A DNA stretch of 64,000 bases from Chiloscyllium plagiosum. Its lineage: Eukaryota. The translations under genes were made by a program, and so were the position numbers. The stretch covers positions 29,979,829 to 30,043,828 of the forward strand of contig NC_057720.1 of assembly GCF_004010195.1 (NCBI RefSeq), written 5' to 3'. The notes beneath the pieces were generated by a model. It made no database searches, had not been told where the DNA came from, and saw nothing but the letters and a program-made list of their open reading frames with translations. Shown one piece after another: positions 27,821-38,612 of this stretch; position 1 is the stretch's first letter; each line of letters opens with the position of its first letter.

Positions 27821-28857
27821 AAAAAAATCATTATTTAATCTGCCCATCCTCTGTGCTTCCTGCCCATTCAATGGGGGTGGCTCATCATTTCTCCTGCTCA
27901 TGTGTCAACACTACCTTCTCTTGCTCCTACTTCTATCATTTTCAATTCACCCATGTCTCAAAGAAGAACTGCCCTCCCCCTCCTCACAGTGATGCCTCTA
28001 CAGCATAGTCAACCCACCAAAACTTGGAATTGGACAAGCCCTGTGATCGTAATGCTACCTCCTGACTGACCACAATTCCCCTTGGTTGCTACCAACAACT
28101 GGTTCTCTTTGATTTGCAGACATAGCCATCTAGTTAAAGTGCCTTTGGTGTATTCGCCTGATTGTCCCTGAGCTCCAAAGATTAAAGTCCAAAAGATTTG
28201 AAGGGAAATGCATTTAGTCTAAAAGGCAACCATGATGATGTAGTGAGGCTGGTAGTTTGACGAAGCCTTTCATGTGGATGAAGGGAGCCTGAGGCCACTG
28301 ATCATGAAGTATGCAGGAAAAGTTTGGTGAAGTTGGAGCTGCCTGAAGACCTGGAGAAGCAAGTGACAAGCAACTGCTGCCAACTAACATCTCTGAATTC
28401 TATATCAGGAATGGGCACCATCTAATATCTCAGGGAAGGCTGGGAGAATTGGCATTTGCTTTAAAATCAGATGCGTTTAGCTAATAATAAGATGCAGAGG
28501 CATGGAAATAAGGTAGTCACTACTCATTAGCAAGATTCAGCACTCACTGTTTAAACCCTAAGGGGAAAAATATTTTCTCAACATTGAGAATCCAATTTTT
28601 CCGTTTTCGCCTTGTTTTACTAACTTTCTTAATATTACCCATGTCATTCAAGACTATGGAAAGTTCCACCCAGTGATCAAAAATCAATACTAATATACAA
28701 TGTGCACCACATGACACATCAGTATTCCAATAATTGCCACTTCCCAATCGTCTTTTAATCTCTTAATTCCTGGAATAAGCCTAGAAATTGAGTAAATTTC
28801 TGTATAAATGCAGAACTTTGTTTGAAATGTTTTGAGAAGCTTATATATACACACAGG

Positions 28858-29071
28858 GTAAAAATAATGACTGCAGATGCTGGAAACCAGATTTTGGATT
28901 AGTGGTGCTGGAAGAGCACAGCAGTTCAGGCAGCATCCAAGGAGCAGCAAAATCGATGTTTCGGGCAAAAGCCCTTCATCAGGAATAAGGGCTTTTGCCC
29001 GAAATGTCGATTTTGCTGCTCCTCGGATGCTGCCTGAACTGCTGTGCTCTTCCAGCATCACTAATCCAAAA
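28858..29071. mobile_element. Young palindromic Penelope pLTR-derived element (85-bp arms, 10-nt loop)
   Basis: 28892-28976 inverted to 28987-29071; left arm closely similar to 10537-10628. Confidence 0.9.
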
Positions 29072-29857
29072 ATATTATATATACACACACCAGTAAAATG
29101 CATTCCACGCGGGATAAAACATTCTTATGTTGAGGAATTTGAATAAGTTCCATCTTCCCTTTTCAAATTTGGAGTAATTTCATTTTCTATGTTATTCATT
29201 GCCCTAATCATGGCTATCAAGAGCCTCTACACTATATTTACATCAGATAATATTCACATTTTGACATAAATAAGATGTCATTACAAATGTCAACAACTGA
29301 TTTGCAGCTGATTACTAGGAATGACGTGATAAATGTAGAATCATAATTCCACTAATTGAATAATAGATGCTGATCTTTCACCAGACATTTTCGAAAGATT
29401 AATTGATTTCTGATTATGTAGATCACTAATATTAAACATTACATAATTTGGAACTGAGAATGTTCATTGCCATTAAAGCATCACAATTAACTGAATTCAA
29501 CTAAATTGAAATTAACATGAAGTGTATTTAAACACAGGCTGAATAACTTAGGAGACCTAAGTGTATTGTATGTGAGGCTTGTATCATTGTTGTTCTCTTG
29601 GAAGTAAATCCAGTCCCTGGGCATTCACCAGTATTTAAACATGTACAAACACCAACCTATATAATTGTTCATGCCCAAACCATCTCACTAATCACTATAA
29701 TAAATGATAGCTGGCTACTGAGACTGAAGGAAGATGACCAGCGCCCTCCGGTGGCTGTTGCCTATCAGCATTTCAGTTTATTTATTAGCAAAAGGCTGAG
29801 CCAAATCTCGATGGAGCATTTGCCATTCGTTGGCAATTTTCCTGTACTTACTCAGTT

Positions 29858-30422
29858 ATAGAGTCATAGAATCATAGAGATGTATAACACAGGAACAGAC
29901 CCTTCGGTCCAACTCATCCATGCCGACCAGATATCCTAACCTAATCGAGTCCCATTTGCCAGCATTTGGTCCATATCCTTCCAAAGCCTTCTGATTCATA
30001 TACCCATCCAGATGACTTTTAAATATTGCAATTGCATCAGCCTCCACCACTTCCTCTGACATCTCATTCCACACAAGCACCACCCTCTGCGTGAAAAAGT
30101 TGCCCCTTAGGTCCCTTTTAACTCTTTCCCCTCTCATCCTAAACCAATGCCCTCTAATTCTGGACACCCCGACCCCAGGGAAAAGACTTTGTCTATTTAT
30201 CCTATCGATGTCCCTCATGATTTTGTAAACCTCTATGAGGTCACCCCTCAGCCTCTGAAGCTCCAGGGAAAACAGCCCCAGCCTGTTCAGCCTCTCCCAA
30301 TAGCTCAAATCCTCCATCCCTGGCAACATCCTCGTAAATCTTCTCTGAACCCTTTCAAGTTTCACAACATCCTTCCAATAGGAAGGAGACCAGAATTGCA
30401 TGCAATATTCCAAAAGTGGCCT
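29858..30422 (-). mobile_element. CR1 3' fragment with an open RT C-terminal frame
   Basis: RPLLEYCMQFWSPSYWKDVVKLERVQRRFTRMLPG. Confidence 0.93.
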
Positions 30423-30729
30423 CAAATATCTGGAAATGTAAGCTAATAACAGAGCAATTGGACCTCTTAGTGACCTTAGGAAATTAATGAAACTCTGTGA
30501 ATTATGGAACCAACCGTAACTTAAGGATCAAGAATGGAAGAGAGGAACTGCACAAAAAGATTGATCAGAATTTCTCTTTTGTCCACTACCAGATTAAAGA
30601 ACGAACATTTGGGCTAGAGGAGAAATAAAAGAAAAAAAGGAAAAGCAAGAAAAATGGATTCAAATTCCTAATATCTTTAACAGCAATATCCACTACTTGT
30701 GGGAATGAAAATCACCAATTTAAATTGTT

Positions 30730-30895
30730 CTGAAAATGTGTTGCTGGAAAAGCACAGCAGGTCAGGCAGCATCCAAGCTTATGCCCGAAACGTCGATTCT
30801 CCTGTTCCTTGGATGCTGCCTGACCTGCTGTGCTTTTCCAGCAACACATTTTCAGCTCTGATCTCCAGCATCTGCAGTCCTCACTTTCTCCTCGA
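30730..30895. mobile_element. Palindromic Penelope pLTR-derived element, centre deleted
   Basis: tgaaaatgtgttgctggaaaagcacagcaggtcaggcagcatccaag / cttggatgctgcctgacctgctgtgcttttccagcaacacattttca; aatttaaattgttc repeated on both flanks. Confidence 0.88.
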
Positions 30896-31539
30896 AGAAT
30901 TTAAATTGTTCCCCTGGTATTATTCTGTATACAAGCTTTTTTTCTTTACTTTAAGCTGAGTTCTGTGCCTTTAAGAGAGTATTGATTTTACATTCCCTCA
31001 TCCTTCAGGACCACAAACCTTACAGTAGTGTCCCCAAAACTGCACTGCTGTGTTTTGCAAAAAGGAGATATAATATTTTGACCAACCATATACCTCAATA
31101 CAGAATCTTGATATATTCCATATGCCTTGGTGAAACAATTTCGGATACAGGTGTGAATGCAAGTCATTCTTTCAATTCCTTTTATACTTTGCAATTTTAT
31201 TTTGCAATATGTCTCAAATTAACATAACACTCCCATGCAATATGCTCCAGGGGGAAAAAAAAGACACTGCATTGTGTTAGGAGAAAGGTCTGCTGCTCCT
31301 GTACATGATGTAGTCTTAAAGTGAATACAGGTCAATCTGCATTTTCATCCAAATAAATTGATGGACAGAAACATGCACTCCTCTCTATTATGTTACCGAA
31401 AAGGTGATAAGGCAATTCAATAATAAATGGTTCAGAATAGGAAAAATCTGACCCATCAACACAGCTAATAATGTGAAATTCTGTCATATTTCTTGTACCA
31501 CACAATAAACTTTTCCATACGTTATTCTTTTGCCTCTAA

Positions 31540-31745
31540 ATCCGAAGGCAGTGAGTTAAAGTGCAGAATCGTGAGAACATAATCTAGGCTGATATTTTAG
31601 TGCCATACGGAGGAAGTGTTACCATGTCAAAGCAGCTTCAATCTGAACATGCCCTCTCAGTTAGATCGACAAGATTGCATGGAACTACTGAAAGGACCCT
31701 TATACATTGAGCAGAGGGGGAAAACCTCGCCTACTTATAGCACAA
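31540..31745 (+). mobile_element. Decayed Deu-SINE (SacSINE1/AmnSINE1-like core)
   Basis: aatctaggctgatattttagtgccatacggaggaagtgttaccatgtc...tgccctctcag resembles the recalled Deu-domain consensus. Confidence 0.55.
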
Positions 31746-34654
31746 GAATTCCTGCAGTTCTGAAAAACAGTTCATGTCATCATCTTGGTATAACTAAAAA
31801 AGAATAGCCAATAAATTTTTACAATCAAGTAAAAACTCTGGAGATTAATAACTTAATCTTAATCCATTGCTGACTTTTCCTTGGTTTTAATAGACTGGAA
31901 CCATTGAGCTGTCGAGTGCATTTGATCAGCTGCAAAGAACAAAATGATTCCTTTTTGTTAAACATGTTTGCAGACCTTTAGCTTACTACCCCCAAAAGCA
32001 ATTGAATATATCGCCAAAAAAGTCAAGCCAACTCACTAGCATGTGCTTTTCTGTTTGAAAATTGAAAATTAATGCTACAAATAACCTCTCAAGATTGTTG
32101 GAGATGTGAAGATGAAAACATAGGGACAAAATGACATTTATACCAGGAATACTCAAGGTCATTTCCTTTAGTCTGCTGCACCAGCCGCATCAGCAAACAT
32201 GTGATTTGTTTGTCACCTTTCATCTCATGATTTGGTTTGTAACTGCTTGGAGAAAATTTTTACTGTCTGTTTATTCCAGAACCAGCTAACAGAACTGTAA
32301 TGCAAAAAGGGCAATCATCAGTAATAATTGGGTGCACGCACATGTTGAACCAAACGTCACTAGAAAATAAATTACATTCAAATTAGAAAAGTCACATTTT
32401 ACTAAAACCTAAGCACCTTGTACAGAACAATATAATAACCCAAGGACACTTCTAATTTGAATTGAATGCTCCTTAAAGGAACATAGACTGAAATATATGA
32501 ACCTTTCTCCGCCAAAGTCTGACCGTGCATCTTATTGCTATAGCTACACTAATGCATTTCAAATGTGCTAACGCTCCATTTTCCACTGCCATTTAGGGGT
32601 GAATGCTTATTATATATCAACAGAAAACTAGAAATGTTATAGTGATATCCTTCATGTTTATAACATAAGAAAGAAATCAACAAGAGGAGGTATCAAGCAT
32701 GTCAAACTCATTCCTTCCATCGAGCATATACAGCCAACATTTCCAATGAGTATATCCCCTCAATTTAGCATTCTGAGATAATGTCCTATATGAATATTCC
32801 CTGATCCTCAGTTTTGTTTCAGCAACACTGCCAATTTTATTGATTCCCTTTTCTCCCGCTGTTCAAACTTTGAAATTATCAAAATGATTACCATTGTCTG
32901 TTACATAAAGTTCCTACTTTTGCCACACTGGGGTTTGGGAAGGGACACCAGAATTTTATTTCTTGTATTACCATACTTTTTCCCCCTAAAAGTGCGGGTT
33001 AAAGTGATAAGACCACTGTTAAATGCATATAATGAGAAAAAAATTCAAAGAATATTTACACATTTCAATCCAGCCAGCTCAGCGTAGTAAAAACCCAAAT
33101 AGTTTCATGTGTCATTAATTCTTCAGAGGTCCAAGCTGCATTCTATTACTATAATAAGTACAGTAATCATTCACAGACATTAATATAATTATATTCACTG
33201 AGCCACAGCAGACCATACCAAGGCTAGGTTACACATTTTATAGTGTATGTTTTATCAAGTGCTGACAAAGTGAGAAACTACAAATAAGGAATGAATACTG
33301 TCATTAGATTAGACATCATCCTTAATTCTCCAAGTGACTAAAATAAAAATGGAATGCAATGAACATCAGAAAGTTACACAAGTTGTTTTATTCAATCAGT
33401 GGTCAAGTGCACAATATGTCTTCATCCAAGAGGTTGTGTTGCAAATTTATTATGGTCAGTCTTGTTTGTGAGTTCACAATTGTCTTATTAGTGAAAGAAT
33501 TAGGCTCTGCTGATTAATTTGATGTATACTTTGAGAAAATAATAAACATGCTAGATATAATTAGACAGTGGAACTGAGGCTGCTGTATATTTAGAAAAAG
33601 CACATTTTCCACATCTGTACAATAACTAACACATTTTAAATCAATTCATCTCCTTAAAATTGATACAAGAGGTTCTGCTGATTTCAAAATATGCATCGAG
33701 CAGTTCAAAAGCTTCTTAAGCCAGAACCCTGGGCAAAATGGGGTCAAAGGAAGAGTCTGGACTTTGCAGTCAGCGGTAGATGACAGGCAATCACCATTCA
33801 TCACACTTACCCAGTCTTCATTGCTTTTGACAAGCACAGTGTGGTATCTTGAGATTCTGCTGAGCAGAAGGCCCTCTGCAGGGGACATGTGGCATGACCA
33901 GCAGGACAAGTAAAAGCACAACTCATCAACCAATCAGATCGAAGAATCCTTGTAACAACATGCCATGTTTAAACCAGAAGTATAAATTAAAATATAGCAA
34001 TTTATTGTAAAATCATGTACAGAAAACTAAGATAATAAAGATGGGATTAAGAGAGAAAGATAAAAGAGAGTGCTTTTACTGAGATGGAAGGCATGCATTG
34101 ACCTGGTAGTTCCATTACTCCAGAACATTAATTTGCTTTAACCTGTTCCCAATACGATCAAATCATGTACCTTTTCTAAATTAGATTTGAAATGAAAGGT
34201 CATTCAAAGGTTTCTTTAATAAACACATATTTCTTGATTGATCTTAAACAGCAAGACAACATAGAGCTGTAAAAGATGGATTTCTCTCTGTAGAGGTTTA
34301 CTTTAGAAGGAGAACACATTTGGCTAATTAGTATTATTTTTGCCTTCAAGAACTCATAATGTGTGGAGTGATGAGGTAGCTGTCATCTGCATTCTGGCAC
34401 CCAAAGGCAAAGCTCACCAAACACATGCAGATATCTCAAAGACCTTTGCCGATGAAGCTAGTTCTTGAAAAATGGCATCAAAGATTCTTCTAGGTGCTTT
34501 TCATGAGGGGCACAGTCAGGGTTCAAACAAGCCTGGGAGACTTGGCTACCTGGTGTTAAGAAGACTATCTGGCAAAACGAAGACAGGCTGTTTAATATTG
34601 AACCGATGACACAGCAATATTCAGCAGGTGATAATGAAGGTAAATTGTATATCA

Positions 34655-35280
34655 GCTTTCATTGTGAGAGGATTCAAGTACAGGAGCCATAATGTCTTGC
34701 TACAATTATAAAGGGCCTTGGTGAGACTACACCTGGGATTGTCTGGGCAGTTTTAGTCTTCGTATCTACAGCAGGATGTTCTTGCTATAGAGGGAGTGCA
34801 GCAAACTTTTACCAGATTGATATCTGGGATGGCAGGAGTCACATATGAAGAGATGGTGAATTGGTTAGAGTTATATTTGCTGGAGTTCAGGAGAACGGAG
34901 GTGGGGGATCTCATAGAAACCTATAAAATTCAAATAAGGGTAGACAGGGTCACTACAAGAGGATGTCCTTGATGGCAAGGGAATCCAGAACCAGAGGTCA
35001 CAGTGTAAACCATTCACACTGAGAGGAGGAAACATTTCTTCACCCAGAGAGTGGTGTGCCTGTGGAATTTGCTATCACAGGAAGCAATCAAGGCCAAAAC
35101 ATCATATGATTTCAAGGATTTGGATAGATCACATGGGGCTAAAGAAATTAAAGGATATAGGAGAAGAGAGTGTGAACGGACCACTGAGTTGGATGATTAA
35201 CCATGAACATAATGGATGGCAGGGCAGGCTTGAAGGGCCAAATGGCCTACCTCATGCTCCTATTTCCTATGTTTCCATAT
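34655..35280 (+). mobile_element. CR1 3' fragment
   Basis: Homologous to 24555-25065 plus 25619-25737. Confidence 0.88.
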
Positions 35281-35671
35281 AGCCCAAACAGTACTTACCA
35301 GCATTTATTCTCAACTAAAGCGTCCTCCTGTCTTTCCTCATCTAAAGCCAGCATTGAGGACTAAACCAGACTTCCCAGGAACAGATGGAACACCTGCCTT
35401 TATAGTATTTCTGCTCATTCCAGAATCCTGCTAATTCAGTTCATGCTCGAGCTTTTCTTCAACATAACTCCAACCATCCGTATTTGAGAATTAAGGTTAG
35501 GCCTCAATAATTTAACAGTTTATAATCAGCTTAAGCTATTTTACTCATTTTTATACATTGAAGCGACAAGCAATTTAAGTGTCCAACTGTTTCAGTGAAA
35601 AATTTCTAAATCACATCAATCATTGAGTATTGTAACTGACCTTTGTCAACCGAACAAAACGCCAAAATAAA

Positions 35672-35883
35672 GTCATGATTTGAAGATGCCGGTGTTGGAC
35701 TGGGGTGCACAAAGTTAAAAATCACACAACACCAGGTTATAGTCCAACAGGTTTAATTAGAAGCACTAGCTTTTGGAGCATCCCTCCTTCATCAGGTGAT
35801 TGTGACAGGTGATGGCGCTCCGAAAGCTAGTGTGCTTCCAATTAAACCTGTTTTCTATAAACTGGTGTTGTGTGATTTTTAAC
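35672..35883. mobile_element. Palindromic element of a second family carrying a hammerhead-like motif (probably Penelope pLTR-derived)
   Basis: gttaaaaatcacacaacaccag / ctggtgttgtgtgatttttaac inverted arms. Confidence 0.8.
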
Positions 35884-35976
35884 CAAAAAAATAGAAACTG
35901 AAGCCGAATTTTAATGTTGTGGAACTAAGTACCAATTTATTTAGTTTGTGATATTCTTGATTACAATATTTTGAGA

Positions 35977-36274
35977 GATTAGATTAGATTACTTACAGTG
36001 TGGAAACAGGCCCTTCAGCCCAACCGACCCACACCGACCCACCGAAGCGCAACCCACCCAGCTCCATTCCCCTACATTTACCCCTTCACCTAACACTACG
36101 GGCAATTTAGCACGGCCAATTCACCTAACCTGCACATTTTTGGACTGTGGAAGGAAACCCACGCATACACGGGGAAAATGTGCAAACTCCACACAATCGC
36201 CTGAGGTGGGAATTGAACCCGGATCTCTGGCGCTATGAAGTAGCAGTGCTAACCACTGTGTCACCGTGCCGCCC
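35977..36274 (-). mobile_element. Full-length HE1 V-SINE
   Basis: gggcggcacggtgacacagtggttagcac...gggttcaattcc head; (TAATC)n tail. Confidence 0.92.
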
Positions 36275-36284
36275 ACTTATGCAT

Positions 36285-36290
36285 TTTATT
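36285..36290 (-). terminator. Candidate polyadenylation signal AATAAA of the FAAH-like gene
   Basis: First canonical AATAAA I see on the minus strand, about 285 nt after the stop, in an AT-rich 3' UTR. Confidence 0.5.
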
Positions 36291-36574
36291 GCAACAAAAA
36301 ACTTATGGAGATACCAAAATACAATACATTTCTCATCATTTTAATATACCAATGTGGTTGACAGTGAAAGGTGATTTTGAACCTTAACTTAAAACTATTA
36401 AACACATAACCATTTGATTTAAAATATTAAATCCATAGATAAGTAGATAAAGTGCCACATTATGCAGCTAATTCCAAAAATTATTGCTTTGTCCCCATCA
36501 AATGGAGCAGCAGGTGCATGATGGTTCAACTGGAAGCAGCTGGATTTGAAAGCTTGCTCCAGCAGCTGATCTAG

Positions 36575-36700
36575 TTAAACAACCTTCTTCTTTTGAGTAA
36601 CTCTTTCCACCTCTCTCATCAAACGCAGGCAGAGTTCATCCTGCCAAGGTAGAGCTACACATTGCACAGCTAATGGAAGACCAACAGCTCCTGATACACC
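36575..36700 (-). CDS. FAAH: FAAH-like terminal coding exon (exon 15 equivalent), 126 bp including TAA
   Basis: tgtgtttcag|GGT...GTT TAA; GVSGAVGLPLAVQCVALPWQDELCLRLMREVERVTQKKKVV* vs FAAH GLPVAVQCVALPWQEELCLRFMREVE. Confidence 0.96.
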   Translation of the reverse strand, partial: GVSGAVGLPLAVQCVALPWQDELCLRLMREVERVTQKKKVV

Positions 36701-37211
36701 CTGAAACACAGGAAAGAAAACAGATCATGTGCACATAAATGATAGCACATTGCAGAGAGAGTCATCATCTTACATTGATTACACTGCTAATGCATTAGTT
36801 AGGATAGAAAGCCATTCAATTCTCAAAACTGTGCTAGTTTATAAAGGTGAAAGGAAAATGTGAACATCAATTATATATCATTTGCCTCCCCCTCTCATAT
36901 TTGTTTAGGGCTTTTTAAGTATGGTTAGTTACAAAATACTCTTCCTCTACCCTTGTTGTAATAAAGAGCAAAATTATTGATTCAGCCGCTTTATTCACTC
37001 TCATTCAAAGACAGTATAAATTAAACAATTTTCATATACAATCTCTCATTAAACATTCCAATGTCCAGTATGCAATCTCTGTTCTCACTTATTTCAGATG
37101 AGCAGTGCAACATCTGGTTCCTTTTTTGTTAGAAGGGATCTACCCATATCACTGAAGAGAAAATTATCTCCTCCCAAACCCACCTTTCCCAGACAATCAC
37201 TTAAATTTCCC

Positions 37212-37533
37212 AGGCAGTACGGCACGGTGGCACAGTGGTTAGCACTGCTGCCTCACAGCGCCAGAGACCCGGGTTCAATTCCAGCCTCAGGTGACTCTGT
37301 GTGGAGTTTGCACGTTGTCCCCGTGTCTGGGTGGGTTTCCTCTGGGTGCTCCGGTTTCCTCCCACAATCCAAAAATGTGCAGGTTAGGTGAATTGGCTAT
37401 GCTATATTGCCCCTAGTGTTAGGTGAAGGGGTAAATGTAGGGGAATGGGTTTGGGTGGGTTACGATTCAGCAGGTCGGCGTGGACGTGTTGGGCTGAAGG
37501 GCCTGTTTCCACACTGTAAGTAATCTAATCTAA
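37212..37533 (+). mobile_element. Full-length HE1 V-SINE in the last FAAH intron
   Basis: A-box ggcacagtgg, B-box ggttcaattcc, V-domain, taatctaatc tail. Confidence 0.93.
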
Positions 37534-37859
37534 TATAAAACTTGCATTTGAGACTACCAATTTAATGCAAGTCAGTCTTTCTGGGGACCCCCAGACCAAA
37601 ATTGTAACTAAAGATATTTTATCAATGAGGAACTCTGGTCAGGGGTGAAAAGGGTATTCCTGCCAATGGTGCCAATTCATCTAACTTACATCTATAGAAA
37701 ATTCCAGGACATTTCAGATTGCATATCAATGTTGCGATTGTTAAGAAACTCAGACATACTCAAGGCACACCAAAGCAGAAGTGTACTTTGGTCTTGGCAA
37801 GTTGTACTGGCAATGCACAGAGTAAGCTCCTCTGTTTTCTATGTCCCCTCATTTGAAGT

Positions 37860-38390
37860 AACAATAGAATCCCAGATGTGAAAAGGTTTCTCCTCATTCC
37901 TTGCCAATTTCTTTAAATCTGTGCCTGCCTGTTCTTGATCGTTCTATAAGTGGGAACATTCTTCCCTATCTACTCTGTCCATACTACTTAATTTTTTGAA
38001 AACCTCTATCTCCTCTCAATGCTGACTTCTCCCAGGAAAATAGTCCCAACTTGCCAGTTTATTTAACTCCCCGCTTTTCATTGAATTAAAGCCTCATATG
38101 TCCACTCAAGAGAACTGATAAAAACTCAATTTAATGACTCATGCCTCTGTCTCAGGAAAGCAGCCAACACAAAGACCCCTCCCACACCAGTTGTACTCTC
38201 TTCCGTTGGGTAGAAGATAAAAAAGTTTGAAAACACGTACCAACAGATATAAGAACACCTTCCCAGCTATAATCAGACTTATGATCGGACCTCTCATATT
38301 AGAGTGGATTTTTGACTGCACCTTCTTGGTCACTGTAATACTGGATTCTGCAATCTGTTCTATTACCCTGAAGTACTTATGTAAGGTTTT
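37860..38390. mobile_element. Decayed LINE fragments (CR1 minus ~37860-38060; Rex1-like 3' end plus ~38140-38390)
   Basis: cttccctatctactctgtcc...aacctctatc; gggtagaagataaaaaagtttgaaaacacgtaccaacag. Confidence 0.5.
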
Positions 38391-38396
38391 TTTTTA

Positions 38397-38612
38397 TTAG
38401 GTTAGATTATTTACAGTATGGGAACAGGCCCTTCAGCCCAACAACTCTACACTGACCCTCTGAAGAGTAACCCACCCAGACCCAATCGCCCTGGCTAATG
38501 CACCTAACACTATGGGCAATTTAGCATGGCCAATTCACCTGACCTGCATAACTTTACACTGTGGGAGAAAACCGGAGTACCCAGAGGAAACCCACGCAGA
38601 CATGGGGAGAAT
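38397..38612 (-). mobile_element. HE1 V-SINE, head truncated
   Basis: gggcaatttagcatggccaattcacctgacctgca; gaaacccacgcagac. Confidence 0.9.

Noticed and set aside
28690..29146. Overlapping ORFs of 137 and 89 aa with similar peptides on both strands
   Set aside because: An artefact of the palindromic repeat.
1..35900. A second host gene (FAAH paralog 5' exons or DMBX1)
   Set aside because: No amidase-signature or homeodomain peptide seen; recognisable ORFs are TE-derived. Very short exons could have been missed.
37212..37290. tRNA gene
   Set aside because: The A/B boxes belong to a tRNA-derived SINE head that continues into the V-domain.
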